DNA of 29,418 nucleotides from a virus (Duplodnaviria > Caudoviricetes), in IMG/VR virus record IMGVR_UViG_3300032310_000219, positions 1-29,418 of that record. One strand, 5' to 3'. Positions 1 to 9,258 of the stretch are shown here, one piece after another. Each line of letters starts with the position of its first letter. Within the stretch, counting starts at the first letter, position 1. Made by a program: the position numbers and the translations under genes. The notes under the pieces are model-generated. The model ran no database searches and had not been told where the DNA came from. It saw only the letters and a list, made by a program, of their open reading frames with translations.

Positions 1-1989
1 ATTATTCATAACCCAACTGCAAGTGGCGGCAATGCTGACGGATTATATCTTGGATACAGCAATGGTAATAGTGGTGCCACAAAACTTTACGGTGGTGGCG
101 CCACTACAGTATCAGCTACAATCAATGCTAATGCGGTGGCAGCTACCAGCTCGAGTACAGGCTCGGTTGTAGTTAATGGCGGACTTGGTGTTAGTAACAG
201 TCTATTCTCAGACGGCCTTGTGACTATCAATAAAGAAGCAGTCATTAATACTACTACTCCGGGTACTGCACAATATGGCTTACATTTCCAGGGACAAACC
301 ACAGCAGATTATGCTACAGGTATAACATTCAATGGCGGCACAGGAACTACTGGCGCACAAGCCGGTATCTATGTACAGGGCAGTGGCGGCTATGGTACAC
401 GAATGTATTTTGGTACCACTGACAGTTATGCCGCAGGTAGCAAAACACGTATGACCATTCAAGCCAGTGGTCAAGTAACCATGTCGGCTGCTATTGCTTC
501 GGCTTCAGTTACTACTGGTACGTTGTTAGTAACTGGCGGTGTAGGTATCAGCGGTGCGCTGTTCACCGGCAACGGAATTACTAATCAAAGCGGCACTGTC
601 ATTCGCCAACGATATGACAGCTCAGACAACTATGCAGCTGATCTTGGTTGGAATTTTATGCAGTTGGGTAACAATGGTGACAACTATGTTATTGGTGGTA
701 AAACTAACGTAGGTGGAAATTTAAAATTTGTTGTTAATCAAACAACTGCAACCGCAGCCGGAAGCAATCCAACCATTAACGGAACATTAGCATTAACACT
801 GGCCTCAGGTGGAACTGCAACGTTTGGATCAAGTACTGCGGTACAAGTCAGTATTGACACCAGCGATGCATTAGACTTTACTGCTAACTCAGCTAATGAT
901 GATAGAGGTATTAGCTTTAATGGTCGTGCTGCGGTAACAGCGGATTATAACGACGGATATCTAAGATTAAACAACAGCAGTGAATTTACTGCAGGTGTTT
1001 ATATTGCTAACTACCTTGGCATTGCCGCTGGCGCAAACACTGCTTATAGATTTACTATTGGCAGTAGTACTGATGCTAAGATGGTATTAAGCAACAGTAC
1101 TAATCCATATATTAGATTCCAAGAAAATACAGTTGACAAATATTACATACAATGGAACGCTGCATTGGCAGCACCAACGCACGTTAACCAAGGTGGAACT
1201 TATCATTACTTTGACAACTCAACAATTACTAATGCGTTAATCTTAAGAACCAGTGGCACTAACAGAGGCTGGTTCTATGCCGACAATGCTAACAACGTTG
1301 GTATTCTTGACGAAGGCGGAAGCTGGGCAATTAAACATGTAAACGACAGCCACACTGAATTCTATGATGCAGGCGAATCTATGTTTGCAGTCGGAGTAGG
1401 CGGCGTAACTGGTGATTACGGTAGTGTACAAACCAATGGCAACGGCAAGAACACATGGGAAGGTTACAGTATTAATGGTCGCGCAGTATTCATGCATGAT
1501 GGCGGCAACTCTTGGGGTATCTATGATGACGTAAACAACGAATGGTTGATTTATGGTACAGGTATGGGTACTACACGTTACGTAGAATTACGTTATAATA
1601 ATTCTGTTAAGTTACAAACTAATAACGTAGGTGTGGAAGTAACAGGTCTACTAACAGCCACAACAAAATCGTTCTTAATTGACCATCCAACAAAAGACGG
1701 CATGAAGTTACAGTATGCTTGTCTTGAAGGTCCAGAGAATGGTGTATATGTTCGCGGTAAGTTAGAAGCAGAAGATGTTATTGAATTACCAGAATATTGG
1801 ACAGGACTGGTACACAGTGACAGCATCACAGTTAACTTAACACCATGCGGTGCCGGACAACAACTATATGTTGATCGCATTGAGGACAACAAAGTTTATG
1901 TTGTAAACGAAACAGGCAAGCCAGTTAAGTGTTTCTACACAGTCTACGGTGAACGTAAAGACGTTGATAACTTAAAAGTAGAGTTTTAA
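1..1989 (+). CDS. Tail fibre / adhesin-like virion protein, 5'-truncated (frame is open from base 1)
   Basis: Frame 1 reads without a stop from position 1 (IIHNPTASGGNADGLYLG...) into the 136..1989 ORF. Gly/Thr/Asn-rich beta-type sequence with repeated 'S(S/T)TGxxxVxGG(L/V)G(V/I)S' motifs. Ends in the 'KSFLIDHP...LEGPENGVYVRG...LPEYW...ITVNLTP' module typical of T4-like phage fibre proteins. Confidence 0.8.
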   Translation: MIHNPTASGGNADGLYLGYSNGNSGATKLYGGGATTVSATINANAVAATSSSTGSVVVNGGLGVSNSLFSDGLVTINKEAVINTTTPGTAQYGLHFQGQTTADYATGITFNGGTGTTGAQAGIYVQGSGGYGTRMYFGTTDSYAAGSKTRMTIQASGQVTMSAAIASASVTTGTLLVTGGVGISGALFTGNGITNQSGTVIRQRYDSSDNYAADLGWNFMQLGNNGDNYVIGGKTNVGGNLKFVVNQTTATAAGSNPTINGTLALTLASGGTATFGSSTAVQVSIDTSDALDFTANSANDDRGISFNGRAAVTADYNDGYLRLNNSSEFTAGVYIANYLGIAAGANTAYRFTIGSSTDAKMVLSNSTNPYIRFQENTVDKYYIQWNAALAAPTHVNQGGTYHYFDNSTITNALILRTSGTNRGWFYADNANNVGILDEGGSWAIKHVNDSHTEFYDAGESMFAVGVGGVTGDYGSVQTNGNGKNTWEGYSINGRAVFMHDGGNSWGIYDDVNNEWLIYGTGMGTTRYVELRYNNSVKLQTNNVGVEVTGLLTATTKSFLIDHPTKDGMKLQYACLEGPENGVYVRGKLEAEDVIELPEYWTGLVHSDSITVNLTPCGAGQQLYVDRIEDNKVYVVNETGKPVKCFYTVYGERKDVDNLKVEF

Positions 1990-2005
1990 TGAGCGGACTA
2001 TAAAA

Positions 2006-2707
2006 ATGGCAATTAACTACGGAATATCGAGAACTTGGGTAGACTTGTCAAAAGTAAACTCCCAAGCAGGTCTCATAACGACAAATTTAAATTTTGCAAC
2101 AGATGTTAATAGACCGCTATCATACTCAGGAACTACATTAAATGATTTGCAAGGGTCCAGAGTAGGAACACTTCAGAACGGCATTTCAATGAATAGCCAA
2201 AACGATATTAAATATTTGTCGTTTAACGGATCAACCGGTTACATTGCCACTACTGATTTTACACTGCCAACGGCTTGTAGTGTATATTTTTCTGTACGCA
2301 CAACAGCCACTGGCGAACGAGCATTATTCTCACACTGGAGCGGCGGCCCTGTCAATGTGGGTTATGGATTAAATAACGGAAAACTATATTACGTTCAGTA
2401 CGACAGTCAATGGAATTATTATACCAGCACCGGTGCGTTAGCTAACACAGGTCAGTGGGTACATCTTGCTTTTGTTCGAACAAGCGGTACTAATATGGTC
2501 ATGTATATAAATGGTGTGCAAGATTATGTATTGAATGTAACTTCACCTCGCTCACTTAGCGGAGGTAATATGGGCAGCATTGGGATCTTCTGGGGATGGG
2601 GATATTGGTTAGGAGATTTTGGCGCCATGCAGGTTTATAATGAAGCACATTCAGCTACACAAGTTAATCAACAGTATTTAACAGCACATAAAAAAAGGTA
2701 CGGATAA
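2006..2707 (+). CDS. LamG / concanavalin A-like lectin-domain protein (putative receptor-binding or tail accessory)
   Basis: LamG hallmarks: 'LSFNGSTGYI', 'GQWVHLAFVR', 'MYINGVQ', 'VYNEAHSATQVNQQY'. Confidence 0.8.
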   Translation: MAINYGISRTWVDLSKVNSQAGLITTNLNFATDVNRPLSYSGTTLNDLQGSRVGTLQNGISMNSQNDIKYLSFNGSTGYIATTDFTLPTACSVYFSVRTTATGERALFSHWSGGPVNVGYGLNNGKLYYVQYDSQWNYYTSTGALANTGQWVHLAFVRTSGTNMVMYINGVQDYVLNVTSPRSLSGGNMGSIGIFWGWGYWLGDFGAMQVYNEAHSATQVNQQYLTAHKKRYG

Positions 2708-3891
2708 TGTCATTAGCACAATCACCTAAGATAGCAACAGACGGATTGGTCATGTATTATGATATTGCTAATACTGCAAAGTCCTGGGCTGGAGCCCCAA
2801 CTACTAATTTAAGTTCTGCTGTCACTATCGGCGCATATCTTAATACTCCGTCGGACGTTACGTCAGTAATAACATTAACTGGTGAATATTACAAAGGAGC
2901 ACCTGTATATAAACAAGTGTTAACACCTATAACAGCAACTGGAGTTGGTTATCTAACCAACTCTAATAATCCCGGCATTGGCGTTATAACAAGCGGCGGT
3001 GGCGGCACAGCGGCAAGATATACAGGGCATAGTATATTTTTTAAACCTGCTGCCGGCCGAGCAAGTTTAAGTGCGTCAACACCAATATACACTCACTACT
3101 CTAATATAAGCGGATGGCAAAGTACTGCAAATTACGATGACATGGGCGACGGTTGGTACAGAGCCAATGTTATATATTATAATGCTGCCGGGGGCAGCGA
3201 TGGAAAATACTGGGCTATTAATCCTGTTGGTGCAACTTTAAATATTCCTATTACTATATTCTGGGCAGGCCCGTTTAAAGAAGATCGCAACGATGCTGCT
3301 GTTGTTTCCCCGTATGTATATGATTCACGATCAACTACACAAGCCGTTGTAGATATTACCGGAAACAACATAATAACCGCAACAAGTTTAACTTATGCAA
3401 GTGATAGAACTTTTAGTTTTAACGGCAGCAGTAACTATATAGATGTAACCAGTAACTTAGGTGTAATGTCAACCTATACAATCTCGTTTTGGGCAAGACG
3501 CGACGCAGAAAATAGAATGCCGATTGGCTGGAGAGGTGGACCAACATTTTATTGGTACGGTGACAATAGTTGGTATTATACACATGGCGGAGTTGCTGGC
3601 GAATACTATTATGCTAAGCCTACAAGTATCCCGTTAGGCACATGGGGACATTATTGTGTAGTCTATAACGGCGCTAATGTAAGCATTTATAGACAAGGTA
3701 TATTTCAAGGTTCTCAAAATACCACAGGCACTGCTGACTGGACTAATGGTATGCGAATAGGTTTTTGGGCCGGCGGCACTGGCTACTACTGGCAAGGAAA
3801 GATTGATGCTGTAAGTATGTACACCCGAGCATTAACAGCAACTGAAGTACAACAAAATTTTAATGCACATAGAGGAAGATATGGATTATGA
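2707..3891 (+). CDS. LamG-domain protein with inserted putative carbohydrate-binding module
   Basis: N-terminal 'PKIATDGLVMYYD', C-terminal 'FSFNGSSNYI...TWGHYCVVYNG...MYTRALTATEVQQNFNAHRGRYGL'. Translationally coupled to the previous gene (TAATG). Confidence 0.8.
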   Translation: MSLAQSPKIATDGLVMYYDIANTAKSWAGAPTTNLSSAVTIGAYLNTPSDVTSVITLTGEYYKGAPVYKQVLTPITATGVGYLTNSNNPGIGVITSGGGGTAARYTGHSIFFKPAAGRASLSASTPIYTHYSNISGWQSTANYDDMGDGWYRANVIYYNAAGGSDGKYWAINPVGATLNIPITIFWAGPFKEDRNDAAVVSPYVYDSRSTTQAVVDITGNNIITATSLTYASDRTFSFNGSSNYIDVTSNLGVMSTYTISFWARRDAENRMPIGWRGGPTFYWYGDNSWYYTHGGVAGEYYYAKPTSIPLGTWGHYCVVYNGANVSIYRQGIFQGSQNTTGTADWTNGMRIGFWAGGTGYYWQGKIDAVSMYTRALTATEVQQNFNAHRGRYGL

Positions 3892-5186
3892 GTACATTTA
3901 TAGGACCAGCCATAGCTATTAATGGATTAGTAATGTCCGTCGATGCCAGTAATACTAAATCTATCAAAGGAAAACGTAGCCTAATAAACTGGGACAACTG
4001 GGCAGTAGGCACAGGCGGAGTTACCGGATATGGCGCAAACGGCTCCACAGCTGAAAATCAAAGATTATTAGATACAAATCCCTGGGGTACAACTGACGTA
4101 GTTTGGGGAAGCTATCCTACAGGAACATCGGATGCAGACGGCGGATGGGACGGTGCGTATTTTAATATTGATAGGACTAAGTTGTATCGGTTCAGTACAT
4201 GGATAAGACGGACCAGTGCTACTACTGGAGGAACATTTTATCTTGGAACTAATGCAGACGGAGAAGGTGTACGTAGAACCGATAACGGAACAGTACAAGG
4301 TAATCCATACTGGGATTGTAGGGGTATTTCATGGATGACACAGAATCAATGGTATCTGGTAACAGGACACATCTATCCGGCAACCAGCACATATACCGGA
4401 AGACATCCAGAAAGTGGAGTGTACACTGTGTCCGGTGGCCGATTCGGAGATATCAGCGGCTGTAATATTGGTAACGATTTACGTTGGGGAAATAATTGTA
4501 CATCTGCAATGCACCGATCATATCATTACTATTGCCCCGACAGTACCAGCAGATTACAGTGGTATCAGCCTCGTGTTGATTTATGTGACGGAACAGAACC
4601 TACTATTGCAGAACTGCTTAACAACGCTGGAAATACTTGGTTTGACCTGAGTGGAAACAACCATCATATAACATTAGGACCGGGGGTAACGTATACTAAT
4701 ACAGTAGGCGGAGTCTTAACCTTTGCTAAAAATGCCGATGGTTACGGTAGAAATAGCACAATGAATCTAAGTGGCAGTAATAATACTGTTATATCAGTGG
4801 TAAGAAAACTGTCAGATAGTGACAATGGCAGAACTATAACAGCGTTGAATAATAATTGGCTGTTAGCACATCATGATACTACCTACGGAGACTATTATGC
4901 AGAAGGCTGGGTAAACGATATAGGTTCGCCAGCATCGGACACTACATGGAGAATGTATGCAGGAACTGGAAACGTAAGTACAGACGTGTGGCAAGCATAC
5001 ATCAACAATACACAATTGGTATCAAATGCTAACGGAACACAAGGACCAAACGGGTGGAATTTAAACAACCAATACTCTCAATATTCATCTTGCCAAATTG
5101 CTGTTCTAAAAGCATTTAACAGAGTTCTAACGCCTACCGAAATAGCTCAAACATTTGATTCATTACGTTCGAGATTTCAAATTTAA
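3888..5186 (+). CDS. LamG-domain protein with inserted aromatic-rich domain
   Basis: 'GPAIAINGLVMSVDA' start, 'TWFDLSGNNHH' and 'AFNRVLTPTEIAQTFDSLRSRF' end. ATGA overlap with the upstream gene. Confidence 0.78.
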   Translation: MSTFIGPAIAINGLVMSVDASNTKSIKGKRSLINWDNWAVGTGGVTGYGANGSTAENQRLLDTNPWGTTDVVWGSYPTGTSDADGGWDGAYFNIDRTKLYRFSTWIRRTSATTGGTFYLGTNADGEGVRRTDNGTVQGNPYWDCRGISWMTQNQWYLVTGHIYPATSTYTGRHPESGVYTVSGGRFGDISGCNIGNDLRWGNNCTSAMHRSYHYYCPDSTSRLQWYQPRVDLCDGTEPTIAELLNNAGNTWFDLSGNNHHITLGPGVTYTNTVGGVLTFAKNADGYGRNSTMNLSGSNNTVISVVRKLSDSDNGRTITALNNNWLLAHHDTTYGDYYAEGWVNDIGSPASDTTWRMYAGTGNVSTDVWQAYINNTQLVSNANGTQGPNGWNLNNQYSQYSSCQIAVLKAFNRVLTPTEIAQTFDSLRSRFQI

Positions 5187-5192
5187 CATAGC

Positions 5193-5199
5193 ATAAATA
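5193..5199 (+). promoter_or_regulatory. T4-late-type promoter motif ATAAATA
   Basis: ATAAATA in the short intergenic gap, 14 nt before ATG 5214. The same motif recurs before most structural genes. Confidence 0.6.
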
Positions 5200-5213
5200 C
5201 AAGAGAGACAAGC

Positions 5214-5813
5214 ATGGCACATTCAGATAAAAATATAGTTATTACCCCAGCAAGAAGCGACAGCACACAAGATCCTAAGATTGTGTTCAGCGGCGCTGAT
5301 GCCAGTACGGGCGCACAGAACATAACAATGAAAGTGTACCCAACTAACAGCGGTACAATCAGCTTTGAAGGCAGTGCAGGACAGTTGTTTAGTATTGCTA
5401 ACTCAATGACAGGCACAATTTTCAGTGTTAACGATGTGTCGGGAGTTCCCAGTATTGAAGTGCTTGATACTGGACTAATACGTCTTGCTCAATATAGCGG
5501 GTTTGTAGCATTTGGTAATAACTCAGCTGTAACGGCAGCAGGATCTACACAGGCAACAGCAACAGTACTGGCAAGACAAATCAACTATGTCACTGCTGGA
5601 TCAGGTGGTGTATTGTTACCAGCAGCAGTAGGCGGCGAACGTGTTCTTATTAGAAACAGTCTCGGCAGCTCAATTACAGTTTATCCCGGAAGTGGTGCTC
5701 AAATTAATGATTCTGGTACTAACGTAGGTGTTGGACATTCTTCAGCAAGTATGCTTGAGTATGTGGCAGTTAGTAGCACACGGTGGTACACATTGAACTC
5801 TACCTACGCTTAA
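5214..5813 (+). CDS. Hypothetical virion/fibre-associated protein
   Basis: Ser/Thr/Gly-rich. Contains a 'GSAGQLFSIANSMTGTIFSVNDVSGVPSIEV' motif of the kind seen in phage fibre proteins. Preceded by a late promoter motif. Confidence 0.6.
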   Translation: MAHSDKNIVITPARSDSTQDPKIVFSGADASTGAQNITMKVYPTNSGTISFEGSAGQLFSIANSMTGTIFSVNDVSGVPSIEVLDTGLIRLAQYSGFVAFGNNSAVTAAGSTQATATVLARQINYVTAGSGGVLLPAAVGGERVLIRNSLGSSITVYPGSGAQINDSGTNVGVGHSSASMLEYVAVSSTRWYTLNSTYA

Positions 5814-6250
5814 AATAGTTCTGCTATATCAAATATTGTTTGTAGTTTTGTTCTAATAATTTTATTAGTGAAACTATTTCGTAAGCCTTGGTGCAATGGC
5901 TTAGGAGCAAAGTCCAGAGTGCTCCACGCCCATCCAATATGTTCTTGACTTAATACAGGTACAAATTCATTTTCTATAATGCATAGATACGTGTGAAAAT
6001 TAAACACTGTGTCATTGCTTACAAACGTTTCAAGAGGTATAGTTTTTATAATAGCAGGCACCGTGCCAATCTCTTCTTGAATTTCTCGCTGTAATCCCTG
6101 CCATGGAGTTTCTTGCTCTTCATTTGTCCCGCCAACAAGTCCCCATGTACCAGTATGTTTGCCTTGGGCTTTTTGTAGTAATAAAAACCTGCGAGTAGAT
6201 TTAGCGTAGAACAATGCTCCGCTACATACAATACGATCTTTAGAGTTCAA
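5810..6250 (-). CDS. NUDIX hydrolase (start uncertain: TTG near 6250, or TTG at 6283)
   Basis: Nudix box GX5EX7REUXEEXG present as 'GTNEEQETPWQGLQREIQEEIG'. No ATG start; overlaps the 3' end of the gp15-like gene. Confidence 0.85.
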   Translation of the reverse strand: MNSKDRIVCSGALFYAKSTRRFLLLQKAQGKHTGTWGLVGGTNEEQETPWQGLQREIQEEIGTVPAIIKTIPLETFVSNDTVFNFHTYLCIIENEFVPVLSQEHIGWAWSTLDFAPKPLHQGLRNSFTNKIIRTKLQTIFDIAELF

Positions 6251-7838
6251 TCTTCCAACTTCCTCTCTTGTATCCGCCTTCAAAACTTTTACTCCAAGCT
6301 ACGCCATTCCATTTGTACTGAGTTCCGGTATAGATATTTGTCAAATAAATCAACTGATCAGTATACTCTTGCGCACTGAAAACTACTACCCATTTTGTGC
6401 CGTCCCACTCTATAATATCATTAGCCTCAGCAATAAAATCACTGCTGTCAGCATTTTTCCAAGCATCGGGCCCGTCTTCATTCATGTATAATTCATAACT
6501 AATTTCTGACTCAGCAGGCGCCGCAACGTCAAGGGTAATGTGATAATCTCCAGTGTCGATGTTGTCAGGAATTCTCACACTGCCAGATCCTACTTCTACT
6601 CCATCTACAAAAATTTTGTGATCGTTTACTTTACGATGTAGTATGTTAGTATTAATTCGTTGAACTGAATTTTCTGTAATAAAAGTATCTCGAATACCAC
6701 CGCCAATGTCTTCAAGTATTAGATATCGTGTACCTTCTACCACATTACTTGGTCGAGTTCGTTGCGGATCAATGATAGCATCAAAGGTTCCAAGACTTGT
6801 TCTATGAGTAGATGCTAACGTACTATTACCAGGATACGTGTCACTATCCCAATTAACAACCAGCATAGTAGCATCTGTTGCATTAATACTTATGTAACCT
6901 ACTACATAACTACCGTCAGGTTGTCTTAAATAGATTCTGCTTAATCCTGCTTGATAAATGTTAGGATTTTGATTAATTAACATAGTCCATGCTAAATCTT
7001 CTCCAGGTGTGCCTTCGTTGCTTCTGAGTCTAATTTGACCGCCTACAACTTCAATATCAAAATTTCCTATTGTAGAGGCTTGACTAAAGATTGGATTAGA
7101 TGGTGCAGCACTATAATCAGAAATATTGTTGTCCGAAGCAAGCCCGTCAACATAAGTTTCGGGACCGTTAATAGATCCAAGAATATTAGAAATAATACTG
7201 GTAGTAATTCCTAATCGTTTTATCTTTGCTGGAGGACTAATCCATACTGGTGTTTGCAATGTTAATGTTGCAATGTCAATATCAGTAGCAGTTCCGGTCG
7301 GAATTGATCTTGAACTAAATGTAACTCCTGTTAAATCTACTACACTTAAACTGGTCCAATCAACATAGTTGTCGGTAGTCTGTATTTCAAGGCTTGGATT
7401 AAACAACATCAAAATCTGTTCTAAAATTTGTAACTTTTGATCAGTACTTGAAGACCAGATGTCAGCTTTCAACGTTAGTTTATACGGAGTTGGCATTAAT
7501 CTTTCAACTGTATAATTGTCACCCTGTGTACTGATATATTCACCGGTAGTTGAATCAACTGCACGTTCTCTAACATTGATCTTTCCAACATAAGTAGCAT
7601 CACCAAGACGATTAGTATCCAACTCCAACTCAGTAATATACACAGCAATTCGCGGAGCACCTAATGTTGTGTTCTCACTATTTTGTTTTATAATATGAGC
7701 CGCTTGTCTATCAGCATCTCCATACATTACTGGAACACGCACAAGACTACCGTCTCCATACTTGACAACAAAATTGCTTAGTAGTCTAATAACTTGTAAA
7801 AGATATCGACGTATTTGACCATCATAAAAATGTTGCAT
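6240..7838 (-). CDS. gp15: Tail completion / sheath stabiliser, T4 gp15-like, with long C-terminal extension
   Basis: N-terminal 'HFYDGQIRRY...VPVMYG...PTPYKL...QKLQILEQILMLFNPSL' matches the gp15 pattern. Adjacent to neck genes. Confidence 0.7.
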   Translation of the reverse strand: MQHFYDGQIRRYLLQVIRLLSNFVVKYGDGSLVRVPVMYGDADRQAAHIIKQNSENTTLGAPRIAVYITELELDTNRLGDATYVGKINVRERAVDSTTGEYISTQGDNYTVERLMPTPYKLTLKADIWSSSTDQKLQILEQILMLFNPSLEIQTTDNYVDWTSLSVVDLTGVTFSSRSIPTGTATDIDIATLTLQTPVWISPPAKIKRLGITTSIISNILGSINGPETYVDGLASDNNISDYSAAPSNPIFSQASTIGNFDIEVVGGQIRLRSNEGTPGEDLAWTMLINQNPNIYQAGLSRIYLRQPDGSYVVGYISINATDATMLVVNWDSDTYPGNSTLASTHRTSLGTFDAIIDPQRTRPSNVVEGTRYLILEDIGGGIRDTFITENSVQRINTNILHRKVNDHKIFVDGVEVGSGSVRIPDNIDTGDYHITLDVAAPAESEISYELYMNEDGPDAWKNADSSDFIAEANDIIEWDGTKWVVVFSAQEYTDQLIYLTNIYTGTQYKWNGVAWSKSFEGGYKRGSWKIEL

Positions 7839-9220
7839 TATAAATCAGCCTTAGGTTTTAATGTTTTACTTAATGCTCGACGCTCTTCAGTAGCACCTTG
7901 ATACAATTTCCATTCAACTTGTTTACCAGTGGGAGCAGTCTCACTAAATGTTAGTAATGCTTTTCCTCCGGCACCTGCTGTGACAGTTACAGTTGGAAAC
8001 TGTGACGAACCAATTATTGCGGTAGCATACATGCCTGCCGCAAATGTTTCATTAGTAAGATATGTTGTAATGTTAGAAGTTGGAGTTACAAAGTCAGTTG
8101 TAATTAAATTAACACCAGTTTTATTACTGTTGTTAATAAACCCGCCTTTTAATGTATTTCGAGTGTCAGTGTTAGTTAATGTAGTACGCACATTATCTTC
8201 AAACTTAATCCAGCGTACACCATCAAATCTAAATAACCTATTTGGCATAAAGTCTGTACGTAGGAAATAATCACCGTCAATAGGTGCATTAGGGAACGTA
8301 ATACCGTGACCAAAATCTACACCGTTAGGAGCAATACCATCGCCAACCAGATAACCAGTATAACCATTACGCTTAGGACGCTGAGCAATTCTACTTGCAT
8401 CAAGTCCCATTGAACTTGCATCAGGAGGTGACACGCTATCATCTACTGTTTGAATAGCTGCTCGGCCGTTTTCGTCTAATGCCAGAGTATAAAAATGCTG
8501 TGTTTCGTATCCGCTCTTAGGAGCATCAGCTTCTGCTTGTGCAATTAGCGCATCGTTAATAGCCAACTCTTTGCTGTGTGTACTTAATATATCTCGTAAG
8601 GTATTATTAGTTTCTTCACCAGTTACTGGATTGACAATCTTTTGATCAAATATTTCCTTGTACTGCTGACTATCCACAATTTTTGTAAGTTTTAATCTAT
8701 ACAGATGCGGATACCAAGTTGGACTAAATCCTTCGGCGGCACGGCCAACGTCACTGATAACAAAGTATCGAGGTAAGCTAACATCAAAATCATTTAGCGC
8801 AAAGTCATCTTTAATATGCGGAACCTCAATAACGTCACCGCTCAATGGTTTACGGCCAACAGTGCTGACAAAGTCATTAATATGCACTGTCATATAGATA
8901 GTATCGTTATCTAAAAATAATCCAAATTGACTTAAATTAAAATCAAGATCTTGAACATTATACACTCCTCGCAGTCTATAAATGCTGGAGTCATATTTTC
9001 GATCACGATTTTCAAGAAATAACAAATCTTGTATGTTTGTTTCTTTTAGTGAATCGTAATGTGGTTGATCAGCAGTGGCATTAGCTTGATCAGTGTTAGC
9101 GCCAAGGTATTTGTGCAGGTACAGATCTGTTCCACCAACGGTGAACATTTCGCTGGCTTGGCGATCAATAAACTTGTAATCGTTGCCCTTTTCAGGACGG
9201 TAGAGTGATAAACGTGGCAT
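7838..9220 (-). CDS. gp14: Neck / head-closure protein, T4 gp14-like, extended
   Basis: True start is probably ATG at 9220 (MPRLSLYRPEKG), not 9277. Carries 'LSQFGLFL..DTIYMTVH...RKPLSGDVIEVPH' motifs of the gp14 family. Lies between gp13- and gp15-like genes. Confidence 0.65.
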   Translation of the reverse strand: MPRLSLYRPEKGNDYKFIDRQASEMFTVGGTDLYLHKYLGANTDQANATADQPHYDSLKETNIQDLLFLENRDRKYDSSIYRLRGVYNVQDLDFNLSQFGLFLDNDTIYMTVHINDFVSTVGRKPLSGDVIEVPHIKDDFALNDFDVSLPRYFVISDVGRAAEGFSPTWYPHLYRLKLTKIVDSQQYKEIFDQKIVNPVTGEETNNTLRDILSTHSKELAINDALIAQAEADAPKSGYETQHFYTLALDENGRAAIQTVDDSVSPPDASSMGLDASRIAQRPKRNGYTGYLVGDGIAPNGVDFGHGITFPNAPIDGDYFLRTDFMPNRLFRFDGVRWIKFEDNVRTTLTNTDTRNTLKGGFINNSNKTGVNLITTDFVTPTSNITTYLTNETFAAGMYATAIIGSSQFPTVTVTAGAGGKALLTFSETAPTGKQVEWKLYQGATEERRALSKTLKPKADL

Positions 9221-9226
9221 AGTACA

Positions 9227-9244
9227 ATATTTATCGATAAATAT
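9227..9244. promoter_or_regulatory. Palindromic bidirectional late promoter ATATTTATCGATAAATAT
   Basis: Perfect 18-bp palindrome containing ATAAATA on each strand, within the 38-bp gap between divergent neck genes. Confidence 0.75.
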
Positions 9245-9258
9245 AATGGGAGATACAA

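Noticed and set aside
1-5813. Diversity-generating retroelement or shufflon acting on the fibre/LamG genes
   Set aside because: No reverse transcriptase, invertase, TR/VR pair or repeated crossover sites were visible by eye. A self-alignment would be needed to exclude it fully.
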